From NCBI RefSeq assembly GCF_009914755.1, contig NC_060928.1: a stretch of DNA of 64,000 nucleotides; one strand, 5' to 3'. Of the stretch, positions 42,149 through 60,632 are shown piece after piece. The position numbers and the translations under genes were made by a program. This DNA is from the human T2T-CHM13v2.0 reference genome, Homo sapiens. Position 1 is the stretch's first letter, and the number at the start of each line of letters is the position of its first letter. The notes under the pieces are model-generated. The model made no database searches. It saw nothing but the letters and a program-made list of their open reading frames with translations, and was not told where the DNA came from.

Positions 42149-42186
42149 GCTCCAGTGGCGCAATTGGTTAGCGCGCGGTACTTCTA
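42149..42186 (+). pseudogene. tRNA-Ile(TAT) 5'-exon tailless retropseudogene
   Basis: GCTCCAGTGGCGCAATTGGTTAGCGCGCGGTACTTCTA differs at 2 of 38 positions from the recalled tRNA-Ile-TAT 5' exon (..CAATCGG..CTTATA); 14-bp TSD AGACAATGTGC(GT/AC)G at 42135-42148 and 42187-42200. Confidence 0.92.
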
Positions 42187-42567
42187 AGACAATGTGCACG
42201 TGATATATATATTTTTTTAGTGGCACAAATCTGAAAATTTAACAGTGATGGGTAATTAAAATATTTAGAAAGAAGAATTACATATTATGTTAGCATTAAC
42301 AAAACTATAAGTGTTGAGGTATACATTGTTTTCTAGATTTTAATTTGGGTAGAATTTGATTAAAAGTATTACATACAAAATTTTATTAATATAAAAAAAT
42401 TTAAGTCAAAACTTTTTCTAAAAAATATTTAATTGGATATCTCAGATATTGATACCTCTGGCCAAAAAATGCAACGATAAATCAGTCTTGTGAAGTATTT
42501 CTAAACCAAACTCTCAATATCATTTTAAGTGGCTGTCTATCAATTCTTCCTCCCTTTCATTCTGTAT

Positions 42568-42617
42568 ACCTCTTTCTCTCTCTCTCCATCTCTCTCTCTC
42601 TTTTCTTTTATTTTTCC
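42568..42617. repeat. (CT)n / pyrimidine tract
   Basis: CCTCTTTCTCTCTCTCTCCATCTCTCTCTCTCTTTTC. Confidence 0.85.
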
Positions 42618-42704
42618 AAATTTAATAGTAGATGCCAAAAACTAGACATATTAATTTAGATCTGCTTTTATTGCAAACACAAATTGAAAATAAATGCCTA
42701 AGTA

Positions 42705-42748
42705 GTGTGTGTGTGTATGTGTGTGTGTGTGTGTGTGTGCGTATGTGT
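42705..42748. repeat. (TG)n microsatellite
   Basis: About 20 TG units with interruptions. Confidence 0.95.
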
Positions 42749-42871
42749 TTAAACAAGTGATCCCTTAAACATTATACCCTGCATAGATATACAGCTAAAG
42801 ATGAGATGGAAAGGTATGTGACATAAGAGAAACAGACTTGCTTCAAAGGTGGTGATGGACATATTTTCCTT

Positions 42872-43355
42872 TGAAGGACTATGTTTATCTCATGACATGC
42901 TAATTCTTCTCAACCCTTTTGATTTGAATTAGAATCACCTCTGCCCACTGCACATCACAAAATGACCACGTGGCTCAAATCAGGGCACGTGGTTATCTTA
43001 CAACTATCATATAATTAAAACAGCTAGTCAAATTCCTCCCTAGAAATTTTGGGAGTGCTCTTTAGAGGGATAATCTGTACTGCCCTAGAATCATAGCCAC
43101 CTTGCTACCACAAAAAGAGAGGATATCCTTTTATAAAATGTGGTATAGGTAAGAAAGCAAATAAAGGGAAGGAACAAAAAGAGAGAGAGGGAGAAAATAA
43201 AAGTGAACACAGCAGTATACAAAAGTCTGATGTCATCATTCAAAACTCTGCATCTAGCTTTGCCTAAGTCCCCCAACTCAATTTACCAGGTATGTGATAT
43301 ACCAACTTGAGCTGGGTTTCTGTTATCTGCTGTGATAATAGTCTTGACTAATGCA
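42872..43355 (+). mobile_element. Old ERVL-type LTR (LTR16-like)
   Basis: CTGATGTCATCATT..CATCTAGCTTTGCCTAAG; terminus TTGAGCTGGGTTTCTGTTA.CTGC..AGTCTTGACTAATGCA. Confidence 0.6.
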
Positions 43356-43862
43356 GAAATGGTTACTTTGTTACCATAACACATCTGTTTTAAAGGTTAT
43401 AAAAAGAAAAAACTAGTTCTGCCATTATAAAATAAAATTACGAATGGCATTCAGAATGAACTGCACTTTATAAACAGAGGTAGAATCCCATTTGGTGAAG
43501 ATATAAGAAAATGAATATTTTCTTGTATATTTATCTTGAGTTTAATGAAATTAAAATTCAAATGCTAATAACTAAGACTAATTTTATGCAAAATCATAGA
43601 CAGTCACAATTTTACCCAAACAACGAGCAAAAATAATAACTAAAATTATTTTAGTGAAATTCAGTTTAGAGTCATAAAAATTGAGAATCAGTTCTAAAGG
43701 CAACTCTGTAATCAAAGTATCTTAAAAATTACTGTTAATCCTCTTGACTTATTTTTGAATAACTTTTAATGTAATTTTCTAGAAGGCAAATAAATAGAAA
43801 TTTTTAGTGTAGGAGAATTTTCATGTAAGATCAAAGTGACAAATTAGTCACTTTTAGTGCTC

Positions 43863-44121
43863 AGCAGGCAGAGAAATGTGTAAAGAGAGACTGGCCTAGT
43901 CTCCCAGTCTACATCTTTCTCCCGTGCTGGATGCTTCCTGCCCTCAAAAATCGGACTCCAAGTTCTTCAGTTTTGGAACTCGGACTGGCTCTCTTTGCTG
44001 CTCAGCCTGCAGACAGCCTGTTGGGAGACCTTGTGATCATGTGAGTTAATGCTTGATTAATAAACTCATATATATATGTATTCCATTAGTTCTGTCCCTC
44101 TAGAGAACCCTGATTAATACA
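43863..44121 (+). mobile_element. MLT2A1/2 LTR, 3' portion (HERV-L LTR)
   Basis: ACATCTTTCTCCCGTGCTGGATGCTTCCTGCCCTC..GACTCCAAGTTCTTCAG..TTAGTTCTGTCCCTCTAGAGAACCCTGA.TAATACA. Confidence 0.92.
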
Positions 44122-44412
44122 GATGTTGGAACCAGAGTGGTTCTAGAGAAACAGAATATTAAGTATGGCATTCTTTTGTTGGTTTGGGGGTTTCTGGAGT
44201 TGGCTGCTTAATATAATCAGACCTCAAAAATGCTAAGGACTCTATTTCTAATAGTGTGGAGAATACTGATAGTCCTTGGCATGAAGTATTTAAAGATACA
44301 TGCAAAATAAATACACTTGGTACTCCCGATTCATCACTCGTGAGAGACAAGGAGTTTATTCACTCTATACATAATACCTTTGACCATATGTGGAGAACAA
44401 AAGGAAAATAAT
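44122..44412 (+). mobile_element. HERV-L internal 5' fragment (leader/gag start)
   Basis: GAT.TTGG.ACCAG.AGTGGTTCTAGAG..GGGTTTCTGGAGTTGGCTGCTTAAT..AATGCTAAGGACTCTA directly after the LTR. Confidence 0.88.
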
Positions 44413-44584
44413 AGGAGAAACACACACAAATGTACACACACACACACATACACACCTGCCATAGTCGTTGTGTTCTGTTTTTAATTTGCCAATAAATGCA
44501 GCATTTTCTTACTACCTGCAAAACAAGACATCTGGAAATTATTTTAGAACATTTCCTCACTGAACAATCTGGTCAGTTAATCCT

Positions 44585-45402
44585 GGAAAATTCTGTCTTC
44601 CTTAATCCATTGCCCCCACTCTATGTTTGCTCGCACTGCCGTTTTTCAGGTTGGGCTATGGAAATAGTTCAAGCTGGCCTTTCTAAATCTAGTCTCACTG
44701 CATTCCAATACGCTCCAGCTTGGGAGGAGGAGATTGCAGTGAGCCAAGATTGTACCAATGCACTCCAGCCTGGGCAACGGAGTGAGACTTCATCTCAAAA
44801 AAAAAAAAAAAGAATATACCCTCCAGAACAATAACTTAATATCAGCTAATATCAGTGCTGACCCTGACAATGTTAGGTTGTTATTAATCATCGCTGGGAT
44901 AAAATCCAAACTATTTGTGATGGCATAAATGGACTTTTATATTCTAATCTTTTCTTATCTCTTAAATTTTTATCTCTCACATCACTCTTACATGTGGTCA
45001 ATGGTATAATAATATTAATCCACTTGTAGTTACAAAAAGTATCCTGTTATTTACACATGTACAACCAACCTTTGTATAATGCTTTCCTCTTGTATCCAGT
45101 CACTCTAATTCTGTTTCATTTGGTAATTTATTTCTCTACTCTTTGAACTTAGGCCCAGATGTCACTCTTATTGAGTTAACTGGAATACAATTTAAATAAA
45201 TCCTCCTGGATATACATGCATAATGCTAACACTTATCACACAATATTGTATCTTTGTATTGTTTGCCTTCTTCATTAGACTATGACCCCTTGAAGGCAAT
45301 GCCATATTTTTATCTACCATAACTAAGTACGTAGAATAATGTAGCAATTTAAGAAATATTTGTGAACAACTAGGAGAATGAAGGAGAATGAAAGAAATGA
45401 AT
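44585..45402 (+). mobile_element. L2 3' region with nested Alu fragment
   Basis: GGATAAAATCCAAACT..TGGCAT, CACTTATCACA, TAGACTATGACCCCTTGAAGGCA, AAATATTTGTGAA..GAATGAA end. Confidence 0.75.
44719..44812 (+). mobile_element. 5'-truncated AluS (right-arm end)
   Basis: GGGAGG..GATTGCAGTGAGCCAAGAT..CACTCCAGCCTGGGCAAC..TCTC followed by an A tail; flanking ATAC(G/C)CTCCAG repeat. Confidence 0.92.
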
Positions 45403-45414
45403 ACAAAAAGAAAA

Positions 45415-45800
45415 AAGAGGGACTAAAACAGTAACTTAGTGAATGCCAATCCATAAAGAGTGTATCCCAGCAGGAAAGTTGACTGAAAAGTGGCATTTGA
45501 TGATTTAGGTACAGAAGTAGGAAAGAATAATAGACTAGTATGATATCATAGAGTTTCCAAAGAAAATAATTAATGTCACCAAATGTTACAGACAGAAAGA
45601 GAGAGGGAGGGAACGAGGGAGGGGGAGAGAGAGACAGAGTCCCTGCATATCTCAGCTAGAAGTCACTGGTGACCTTGGTGAGAACAGGTCTGCAGAAGTT
45701 GTGGAGTCACCTATCAGACCACAGAATGTGGAAAATCATCAGGAATAGGGCATAAAGGACATGCTACTATTTCTGAAAGCTGAGAGAGGAATCATGAGAT
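45415..45800 (-). mobile_element. L2 internal fragment (degenerate)
   Basis: AAGTCACTGGTGACCTTGGTGAGAACAG..CAG.AG..GTGG. Confidence 0.55.
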
Positions 45801-47899
45801 GAAGAGGTGGCAGCTCTGATATCTTGGGGCCCGGGGGCCAATTAAAAGAGGCTTCAGAGATGACATTTCAGGGACAGGGATGGACAGTTGGACTCCAGAG
45901 TAAGAAGATAAGGAGCTGAAATAGAGACTGAAAAGAAAAGAAGATGTAGAAAAATAGTTGAAAAAAAAGAAATGAAAAGTAATGGCCAGCAAGGGATTTC
46001 TTCTTTTCTTTTCTCCTTCATGGATAGTAGGTATGTGAACAGGCTTTGACATCCATCTATCTACCATGACATCTAAACACACTCCATATAAAAAAGCTTT
46101 TCTGTTTCAAAAAATGCATTTTATCCATAACAAGTATCAAACCATAAACTAAACCATGAGTCATGTATTAGAAATATAACAAATTGCAGGCCTTCTATGA
46201 AGGCTGCGATAGTAATATTTCCAAGGAGCTTACATAAATATAAATTTGTCTAAAACACTTATTTTATTTGTTCACATGGTATAAAAATGTACCTCTATAG
46301 TTACAAAATGTTCTTGTACTTGATGTGACTTAAATGGACAGAAAGAGATATTTCTGCATTTTTCTTATCTCTTTGCAGGTAATACAACCCCACCAGCAAA
46401 AGAAGACAATCCAACACAGACACTATTTCTCTGGTCAAATAAATCCGTTCTGAAAACAAAATGCCAAATCATTCTCTCTAATAATCAAGCTGTATGTTAC
46501 AGCTTATATCAAATGCATCCACATAATGAGCGTAGTTCTGAAACTACCTTTAAAAATCTGACGTATGTTTACATTTACAACAAATTCTAAAAACAGTCAC
46601 ACGATAAAAAACACTGCATTATTATTTAAATAACCATAGCTTAGTCATACATTTTTATTTACTTTTACAGCAAAAAAGCAATTACCAGTTAGTATTATGA
46701 ACTTATAACACCATCATACATTTTCTGTGAAACACATTATTCTATGTACTGTTCAGGTTAGGTATGATGTAGTTATTTAAAATATATAAGTAGAAGTCTT
46801 AAATGTCTTAAATGCATGTTGTATCTGTAATTTAACATCTGTCAAATATTGCATATTTCAGATGATATAAGAATAAATTAATTGAAATGGACATATTTAT
46901 AAAAGGTTTTTTATGTTTTAAACATGTATTTACCAAAAATTGTCAGACAAATACACAATTTTACAGACATTGCAAAGCAAAGCAATTTTGATTCAAAAGT
47001 TGGCTTATGTTTCTTAGGTTAATTTAGCTTGTTTTACGTCCACTCTCCACAGATATTTAAATTAACTAACAATGACAATAATTGAGAGAATGAAAATTTT
47101 GAGGCAAATATCACCAAACATTTTTTTTTCTGAAGCAGTAGACAGAGTTGTCTAGGTATTCAAATTTTTTGTTATTTCCTAATTCACATTTTATAGTTAT
47201 TATGTTATTCTTGTGATATTGTAATGGCCTGGAATTTCTTCTTTCTACTTCAGGACAGTTTCAAAGTTTTGCTCTCATTAAAGAAAATGGGTTGATTTAT
47301 TCTTTTCTAATCCAGAAGTATGAATGTTACTGAATTGGAAAATTGTCTCACTGTCAGAAACATTACAAATGAGGTAGAGTTATTTTGGAATCATAGAAAT
47401 GAGATAACTATAGAAGGATTACTATAAAGTTTATCTCTAAATTTTACCAACTAGAACCCAAGGAACAGTGCATATAGATCAATAATTATCTCTCCTTGGA
47501 GGATTGGGCTGGTTTTAAAGAGTAGCAATGCCAAACCCTCATGGAGATTTAATAATACAGCATAGATACATTGGGATTACAAATAGGCTAAAGTCTTTCT
47601 ATTCCTGTCCTGTCAACAAATTTAAGATGTAATTGGAGAGAAGCAGATTTTTGAGAAAAACATAGAGAATACCACCATGAAAACCAAGGGGTGGGGGGGA
47701 AGACTTTCAGGAAATAAATGAAAATTTGGCAAATATAATTAATTTGAGGAGAAACAAGCTTAAATGAGATCATTAGACTTGGTCATCAGTAGGCCTTGTG
47801 TGAGACAGCAAAGGGAGATTTCATGAAGACAATGGTCAAGAATTGAGGGGAATCATTAAGCATGAAAATTGGAATATGTACTTTTCTCTGATTCTTCTC

Positions 47900-50230
<2,331 letters not shown>

Positions 50231-50549
50231 TGCAATGCACTTCTTCAGTGAATGGGTAGTGAGAAAGTGTTATCTGTTATTGTAAATTACTTTGGTAAGA
50301 TACCCTAATAATTTAGTAGTTAAGAAAAAGTGGAATAACTTGAGGTGTGGAGCAATATTCAGGGTTGCTTTGAGAATACATATTTTTTTGTTTTACTATA
50401 AAGTAGATGAAAATAAATTTGTAAAATAGAAATTCCAGTGGATAGACCAAATTTGCTGATTTAAATGAAAGGAGACAGAAATAATAGAGCCAGGTTCTGA
50501 AGATGGAAGAAAATAAGTTCAAAATCATGGATAGAAGGTTTATACTCTA

Positions 50550-50885
50550 TAATAAAAATAACCCTTTATTAAATGTTTATCCTTCACCAGTCACAAAATA
50601 TATTTTATCATTGCAATGACTTTATGACACAGTCATTATGATTTCCATTTTGCAACATAAAACTTGTGTCCAGAGGTTGAATGGTAGATTAAGCATCTGA
50701 ACTGTCTCAATTCTAAATCTATGAAGCCTGACTTTTCAAACCTCCATTTCATCTGTAAAATTTGTCAAATAATAACGCCTCCTTTATCTAGTCATTTTAA
50801 ATATTATTTAATATATGTAAATAGCATAGTGACACAGATGACCAAGAGTGAACATTCAGAATTGTTTAGCTGTCATTGTCATTTC
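50550..50885. mobile_element. Two MIR fragments in opposite orientation
   Basis: Minus strand: ATTTCCATTTTGCA..AAACT..CCAGAGGTT; plus strand: CCTCCATTTCATCTGTAAAAT..ATAATAACGCCT. Confidence 0.6.
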
Positions 50886-52236
50886 TATTATCACTACCAA
50901 TATTTCAATTTCTCATTTGCAAAAGGACAGTTACAAAGAGAAGCTAAGACTGGTGAATTAGAAGTGAACTTGTAGCTCATTCACATTATTATCTATGACT
51001 AAAATATCATTTTCAGGAGAGGAAACTACTTTAAAATCAAACCCAAAATAGACAGCAGGTAAGCTATTTTTCTGTAAAAACAAAAAAAGGAAAAAAAAAG
51101 CACATGCAAACTTTTTCAAATAAGATATTTGAGCAGATTGCAGCATTTACAACTAAGTTCACACATTTGCCAAAGAACACTAAGTTTTGTATAAAATTCA
51201 TTAATATCTGAGAAAATAGATTTACAAAATATTAACCCACATTACAATTGAAAATGAGCATCTACATTTAACATTAATATTCAAATGATGTCAGTATACA
51301 TGAGTGAATTTATGCATATGACACTTAACTGTAGAGAAAACTATGTAGCAATGCATATCAATATTGTTTTTATATGCTAATGGGCCTGTGACTAGTTGCC
51401 CATGAAGCAAGAAGACAATGAAAAACGTTGGGCTGCCGTGTCATACAAACTTCAAAATTATTTCATTATAGTTTTTTTAGTTATGAGTTGTTGTTGGCTA
51501 TTTTTCCGTTTCCCATTTCTGAAAATCAATTTTGAGAGGAAAGAAAACCATTCAATATCGAAGGAGTCTTACTTCTTTCAACTGAATTTCAAGTTAAATA
51601 AGCCAGCACAATAGTAAAATTCACTCTTTTAAATGGAGAAATAAATGTTGAAATGAATTCTAGAAAATGTGTGACAGCATAGTTCTGCATCAGTGCTAGA
51701 AACCAGATGATACCTACATGAATCTCCACCTCCCAGAATTAATGTCATACCTTCACCAATACCTCTGAAATCATACTATTGCTAGTCTAATTCCATCACA
51801 TGCAATTAACTTCCCTTCACTTATTAACAAGTTACATAATGTGTGTTATACAATCAGCTGCTTCTTTGCCTCCAATTCATTTGTTACATATATTGTGTCC
51901 ACTTTCTATTAATGAATTAACTTAAAAGTGCATGGATAGACAAAAAGTGCTAAATAAGGGCTACTGGACTACAAAAAAAAAGTAAAGCTGGTGATCTAAA
52001 ACTTTTTGTGCAGTAGATGAAATTCTCTTTAATTGCAAAAAACAAATTAAATTAGTTACACTAACGTAACACAACATTTGTTGTTGGCTTGTCAGTGATT
52101 TAAATATTTAAAAGATTCTTTCTAAATTTTCTCTCTCACCAAGAAAATATGCCTCATTAGTTAGTCAATTAAAGAGCAACCTGTCAGCTTCACTTTCAAT
52201 AAGGTTTTACTTTCTTTGATGCATAGTAACCTATGC

Positions 52237-56047
<3,811 letters not shown>

Positions 56048-56654
56048 GTGAATACCAAAGAGTTATGGGCATGTGAAGTTGAGTTTATTTGGAACCAAAT
56101 CCTGATATTTATTAGCCAATAATGCTCAGCATAAGATTTTTATCCTCACGTTAAAACTAGGTATGTATATAAACCATTTGGTAGAACAGTAGTTGTACTT
56201 GGATACTAGTTTTAATTTTAGCTGTACAGGAAAAACAATAAAACAAAAAAACAAAAACCTCTCTTAGAGCACTGAGCTCACCTGTCTGGCTAGTAACATA
56301 AAATCAGTAACCTCATGGAGAAGTTAGAACCAATGCAATATTGTGATTCTTACGTAAAAGAGGCTGAGCTGCAATATCTGCTTGTTGCATTAGAAATTGA
56401 CACATTATCATCTCTTGCTTCATATTCTGAAAGAAATGAGAGATGTGGAGCTATCAGAGAATTGGGAATTAGACATTCATTAGGTAAGAAATAGTATATC
56501 AAATCAATGATTTTGCTCACCTGAAATGACCAATGACCTCCCGCTTTAGCAATCACCTAGGGTCATATCATCCATTGCTTCTATATACAGTTGAACATGA
56601 AAGTCAGGTTTCATCACAATGACTAACATTTTTATTCAGGACTTTCCACTCTGA

Positions 56655-56709
56655 GTGTGTGTGTATGTGTGTGTGTGTGTGTGTGCGCGCGCGCGTGCAC
56701 GTGTGCGCA
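56655..56709. repeat. (TG)n(CG)n alternating purine-pyrimidine tract
   Basis: 55 bp of unbroken R/Y alternation, including GCGCGCGCGCG. Confidence 0.95.
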
Positions 56710-57534
56710 ATTCCATTCACTGTCTTTAAAATTTACTTCCAAACTTTGTAAGAAAAGAGTTCTATGTTTTAGCAAGTGGAAAATATTTGAGGTAATTCAT
56801 ATAGCAAAGCAGAGAATGGTATTTAGCAGGGAAACCATTGCTGTACAATTATTTTTAACTAATCATTAATAATGTACTTGGTCTCAACATAGTATTTCTG
56901 GCAAAAAAAAAACAACAACAGTCTTTTGACTTGCAGGAATAAATGGGATGGATATCTGGCACATCAGATATTTCCATATTTTCTCTCATTCAATTATTCT
57001 CCTACAGGAAAAATTCGATTTTTATTAAGAGTATAATATGAGTATTTGCAAGTTGAATGTGTATTTGTTCTTTAATAAATGAAAAGGATAGAAAAATAAA
57101 TCAAGTTAAATTATATACTGCTTTTCCTCCTATCTTGATTTCCTTCAGTGTTATTTCTTTCAGGATGAGCCACCCTGGAATTATAAAGAACTAAGGTTTC
57201 TCTTAGTCATATTAACATGTTTCAAGAGAGGAAAGCAAAAATGATGTCCTATTTACACAAACGTCCTTTTCTTTTCATTAGTTTTCATTTTTATTATTTT
57301 TAAGAGAGGTGCGTAGTCAGAGAAGCACTGCACATTTCTACCCAGTGGTTCTGTTAGGCCATATCCCTTACATTTTTCCACCAGCGATTCATGTGGAGTT
57401 ATAAAAATCACCATCTATTATCTATATTGGCCTGATTTTCCCCAAACACAAGAGTTACAGGCAAATAAATTTTGCTTCTCTTTGTCTTCTATGAAAACAC
57501 CAATATTCCACATATAGAAAAACAAGAATGCCTT

Positions 57535-57612
57535 ATTCAATTTTGTTTTATTTACTATCAAACATTAATTGAAGACCTATGACATGCAAAAACATTCTCA
57601 GCAATTGGGAGA
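57535..57612 (-). mobile_element. L2 3' fragment
   Basis: CAAACATTAATTGAAGACCTATGACATGCAAAAACATT. Confidence 0.5.
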
Positions 57613-57619
57613 AAACATA

Positions 57620-58515
57620 ATTTATTTTTTCTTCATTTTTAGAACAGTTTTAGGTTCACAGCAAATTGAGTGAATGGTACAGAGATTTCCCATTATACCG
57701 TACCCCCACACATGCACAGCCTTCCCCGTTATTAACATACCCCATCAGAGTGGTACATTTGTTACAACTGATGAACCTACATTAATTCATCATTATCATC
57801 CAAACTCCATAGCTTATTAAGGGTTAATTCTTGGTGTACATCCTATGGGTTTCAACAAACATGTAATGATGTACATTCACCATTAGTATCATCCAGAGTA
57901 GTTTCAAAGCCATAAAAATCTTCTGTACTCTGCCTATTTATCTCTTCCTTTGCACTAAACCCTTGCTATCACTGATCTTTTTAATGTCTCCATAGCACTG
58001 GTTTTTCCAGAATGCTATACAGTTGGAATCATACATACTGTGTGATTCCAGATAAACTTTGAGATAAACTTATTTAGATTAGTGATATGCATTTATGTTT
58101 CATCAGTTTTTAAAATACGATGATAGCTCATTTCTTTAGCAGTGAATAGCCTTCCATTGTCTGGACATACCATATTTTATTTATCTGTTTAACTACTGAA
58201 GGACATTTTGGTTGCTTCCAAGTTTAGCGATTACGAATGAACCCACTATAAACATCCATGTGTAAGAGTCTGTATGAACCTAAGTTTTCAGCTCACTTGG
58301 ATAAATATCAAAGACTGTGGTTGCTTAATTATATGATAAGAGTGTGCTTATTTTTGTAAGAAACCAACAAATTTTGCGGGAGTGGGGGCAGTCGCTGTGC
58401 TGTGCCATTTAGCCTTGCTACTTGCAATGAATGAGAGCTCCTGTTGCCCCACATTCTTGCCACTATTCAATGCTGTCAGGATTCTAGAATTTTACCATTC
58501 TAATCGGTGTGTAAT
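57620..58515 (-). mobile_element. L1MC1/2-like 3' end, interrupted by the provirus
   Basis: AGAACAGTTTTAGGTTCACAGCAAATTGAG, GTGGTACATTTGTTACAACTGATGAACC, TTTTCCAGAATG..AGTTGGAATCATACA; ends CCATTCTAATCGGTGTGTAAT at the LTR. Confidence 0.9.
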
Positions 58516-58853
58516 TGAGACAGCTAACTATAAAGGGGTCCCCAGAGAACCTCCAATTGGCCTGCGCACTGGGAGAGCAGGGTGGAGCCGTGGAAGTTTG
58601 CATCATTAGCTGGGGAAAGGAGCCTGGACCTTCTTGTTCCTGAGTGGTAACCAGGGATTTAATCTAATAGATGGGAAGCCAGCTAGCAGGACTCTTGCTT
58701 TGATGAGTGTCCCTGTTTCCTTTTTTTTTCTCCTTTTCATCAAATAAAACCTGCCCTTCTCATCCTTCAAAGTGTCTACAAGCCTAATCTTTCATGGTAG
58801 TGTGACAAGAATCTCATCTTTAGCTGCTGAACTAAGGAGAAAGTCCTACAACA
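58516..58853 (+). mobile_element. MER61-type 5' LTR (ERV1)
   Basis: TGAGACAGC..TATAAAGGGGTCCCCAGAGAACCTCC..CCTGCGCACTGGG...AATAAAA...TTTAGCTG..GAACTAAGGAGAAAGTCCTACAACA; TG...CA termini. Confidence 0.88.
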
Positions 58854-60223
58854 TTTTTTGGAGTCCAGACATGGGGCATGAGAGAAGGTAAGTGAGCTGC
58901 AAAAAAAAAAAAAAAGAGAGAAAACCTTTTTACTTTTGCTTCTAAGCCTTTTCCTCCTCAGACATCTGAAGGTAGAAAAAACTGTGCCCCAAGGGCTGTA
59001 GCTGCGCGTGGGACAGACTGGGAAATGGCAGCTCCTTGCTCCCCTCCTGGCCAGGGCTAGAATGCATGGCTCAAGGGTGCCCAACAGCAGGCTGGGTGGC
59101 ATTCCCTGCCATGCACTTATGCACATTCCCCTCCTTGTACCCCACCACCCCTGCCAGGGAATCCAACTTTGTCCCACAGCAATTAAGCTTCTCTCCAGGT
59201 TAGAGAAATCATTTGGGTAAGAATAAGAGGTTCTTCCCCAGGCAGCATTTTTAAACTGTGTGTGTTTTTTTTTTTTAATAGATTTTTTTTTCCTTCCTTT
59301 CTTTTATTGGGTCAGAAGTTGACTTTTAAATGATCTTTTTTTTTTTTTTCCAGAAGATGTTTTACTGGGCTAGGAATGATAAGGATCACTGTTTATATTC
59401 TCCGTAGAGTTTTGTGAAAAAGGATTTGTGAGGCTAGTCTTAAGCTGTAGCCACTCTGGTGTGCTTTGCATGTCTTTTTGTATGGTCCCCAGAAAACTCT
59501 GCTTCAGGCCTCCATCTTGTTTTATGTCCTAGGGGCATGGCCTGTAACCCTGTGGCAAGGCTTTGTTTAGCTTCCACAGGGCCTGGATTCAATCCTGGCT
59601 TAGGAAATGAGTCCTCTCTGGTTTGATATCTGCATGTTTTCCTAGCCCTGTTCCTTAAAGGGCTCCACCCAGTGACTGGGCTTTCTTCTGCTTGTCTGTG
59701 TCATTATGTATATGTTGTATGTGATGTCTATAAAAGAGTGCTGATTAATTGGCCTAAAGGAAGATAAGCACTTGGATCAGGTACTTTTTAAAAGGGAAGA
59801 TAAAAGCTATGGTACCTTTCAGTTCACATGACTTTAATCCTTGGGAAATAAAAAACAGCCTTAAAGGTTATTGGTAAAATGCAGATGTTATCAAAATGTA
59901 AATAGGTGAACTAAATTATGCAGGTCAGGTGCAAGGTTTGCTAAATGTTTTGAGGTTATAAATTGCTTTTTGCTTTTTGAGAACGGTTCAACTTAGTAAG
60001 ACCTGGGGAACATATGGAACTAACCACACCCTTACCAATGCTGGAAGGAGTCAGACCTTGGCTGCACCTAACACATAATCAAAACAACTTACCAGGTTTT
60101 ACATTAAAGTTAAAAATTGCTAAAGGTTACCCTTATGACAGATAACTGAGATACTAGAAATAGATTTACATGCAAGGTGTGTAAGAACAGTAAAATGTTT
60201 TCTTAGCAAAAGGTTATAAGAAG

Positions 60224-60632
60224 TGCATTAGTTCATTTTCAAGCTACCGATTAAGACATACCTGAGACTGGGCAATTTACCAAAGCAAGAAGTTTATTAG
60301 ACTTACAGATCCACCTGGCTGGGGAAGCCTCACAATCATGGTGGAAGGCAAAAAGGAGCAAGTCATGTCTTACACGGGTGGCAGCAGACAAAGCAAAAGC
60401 AAAAGACAAAGACAAAGCAAAAGCAAAAGACAAAGACAAAGCAAAAGACAAAAAAAGGGCAGGGAAACTGCCCTTTTTTAAAACCGTCAGATCTCATGAG
60501 ATTTACTCATTGTCATGAGAACAACATGAGAAAGACTTGCTCCCATGACTCAATTACCTCCCACTGGGTCCCTCCCATGCCACATGGGAATTCAAGATGA
60601 GATTTTGGTAGGCACACAGCCAAACCATGTCA
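60224..60632 (-). mobile_element. THE1B-like solo LTR nested in the provirus
   Basis: TGCATTAGT..AAGACATACCTGAGACTGGGCAATTTAC ... CACAGCCAAACCATGTCA; GAAG duplicated on both flanks. Confidence 0.93.
60387..60456 (+). repeat. GACAAA/GCAAAA hexamer array inside THE1
   Basis: (GACAAA GCAAAA GCAAAA GACAAA) twice, then GACAAA GCAAAA GACAAA. Confidence 0.9.

Noticed and set aside
46355-46445. Strong-looking acceptor TTTTCTTATCTCTTTGCAG followed by AATAAA
   Set aside because: Isolated signals with no other support; a lncRNA exon cannot be called without RNA data
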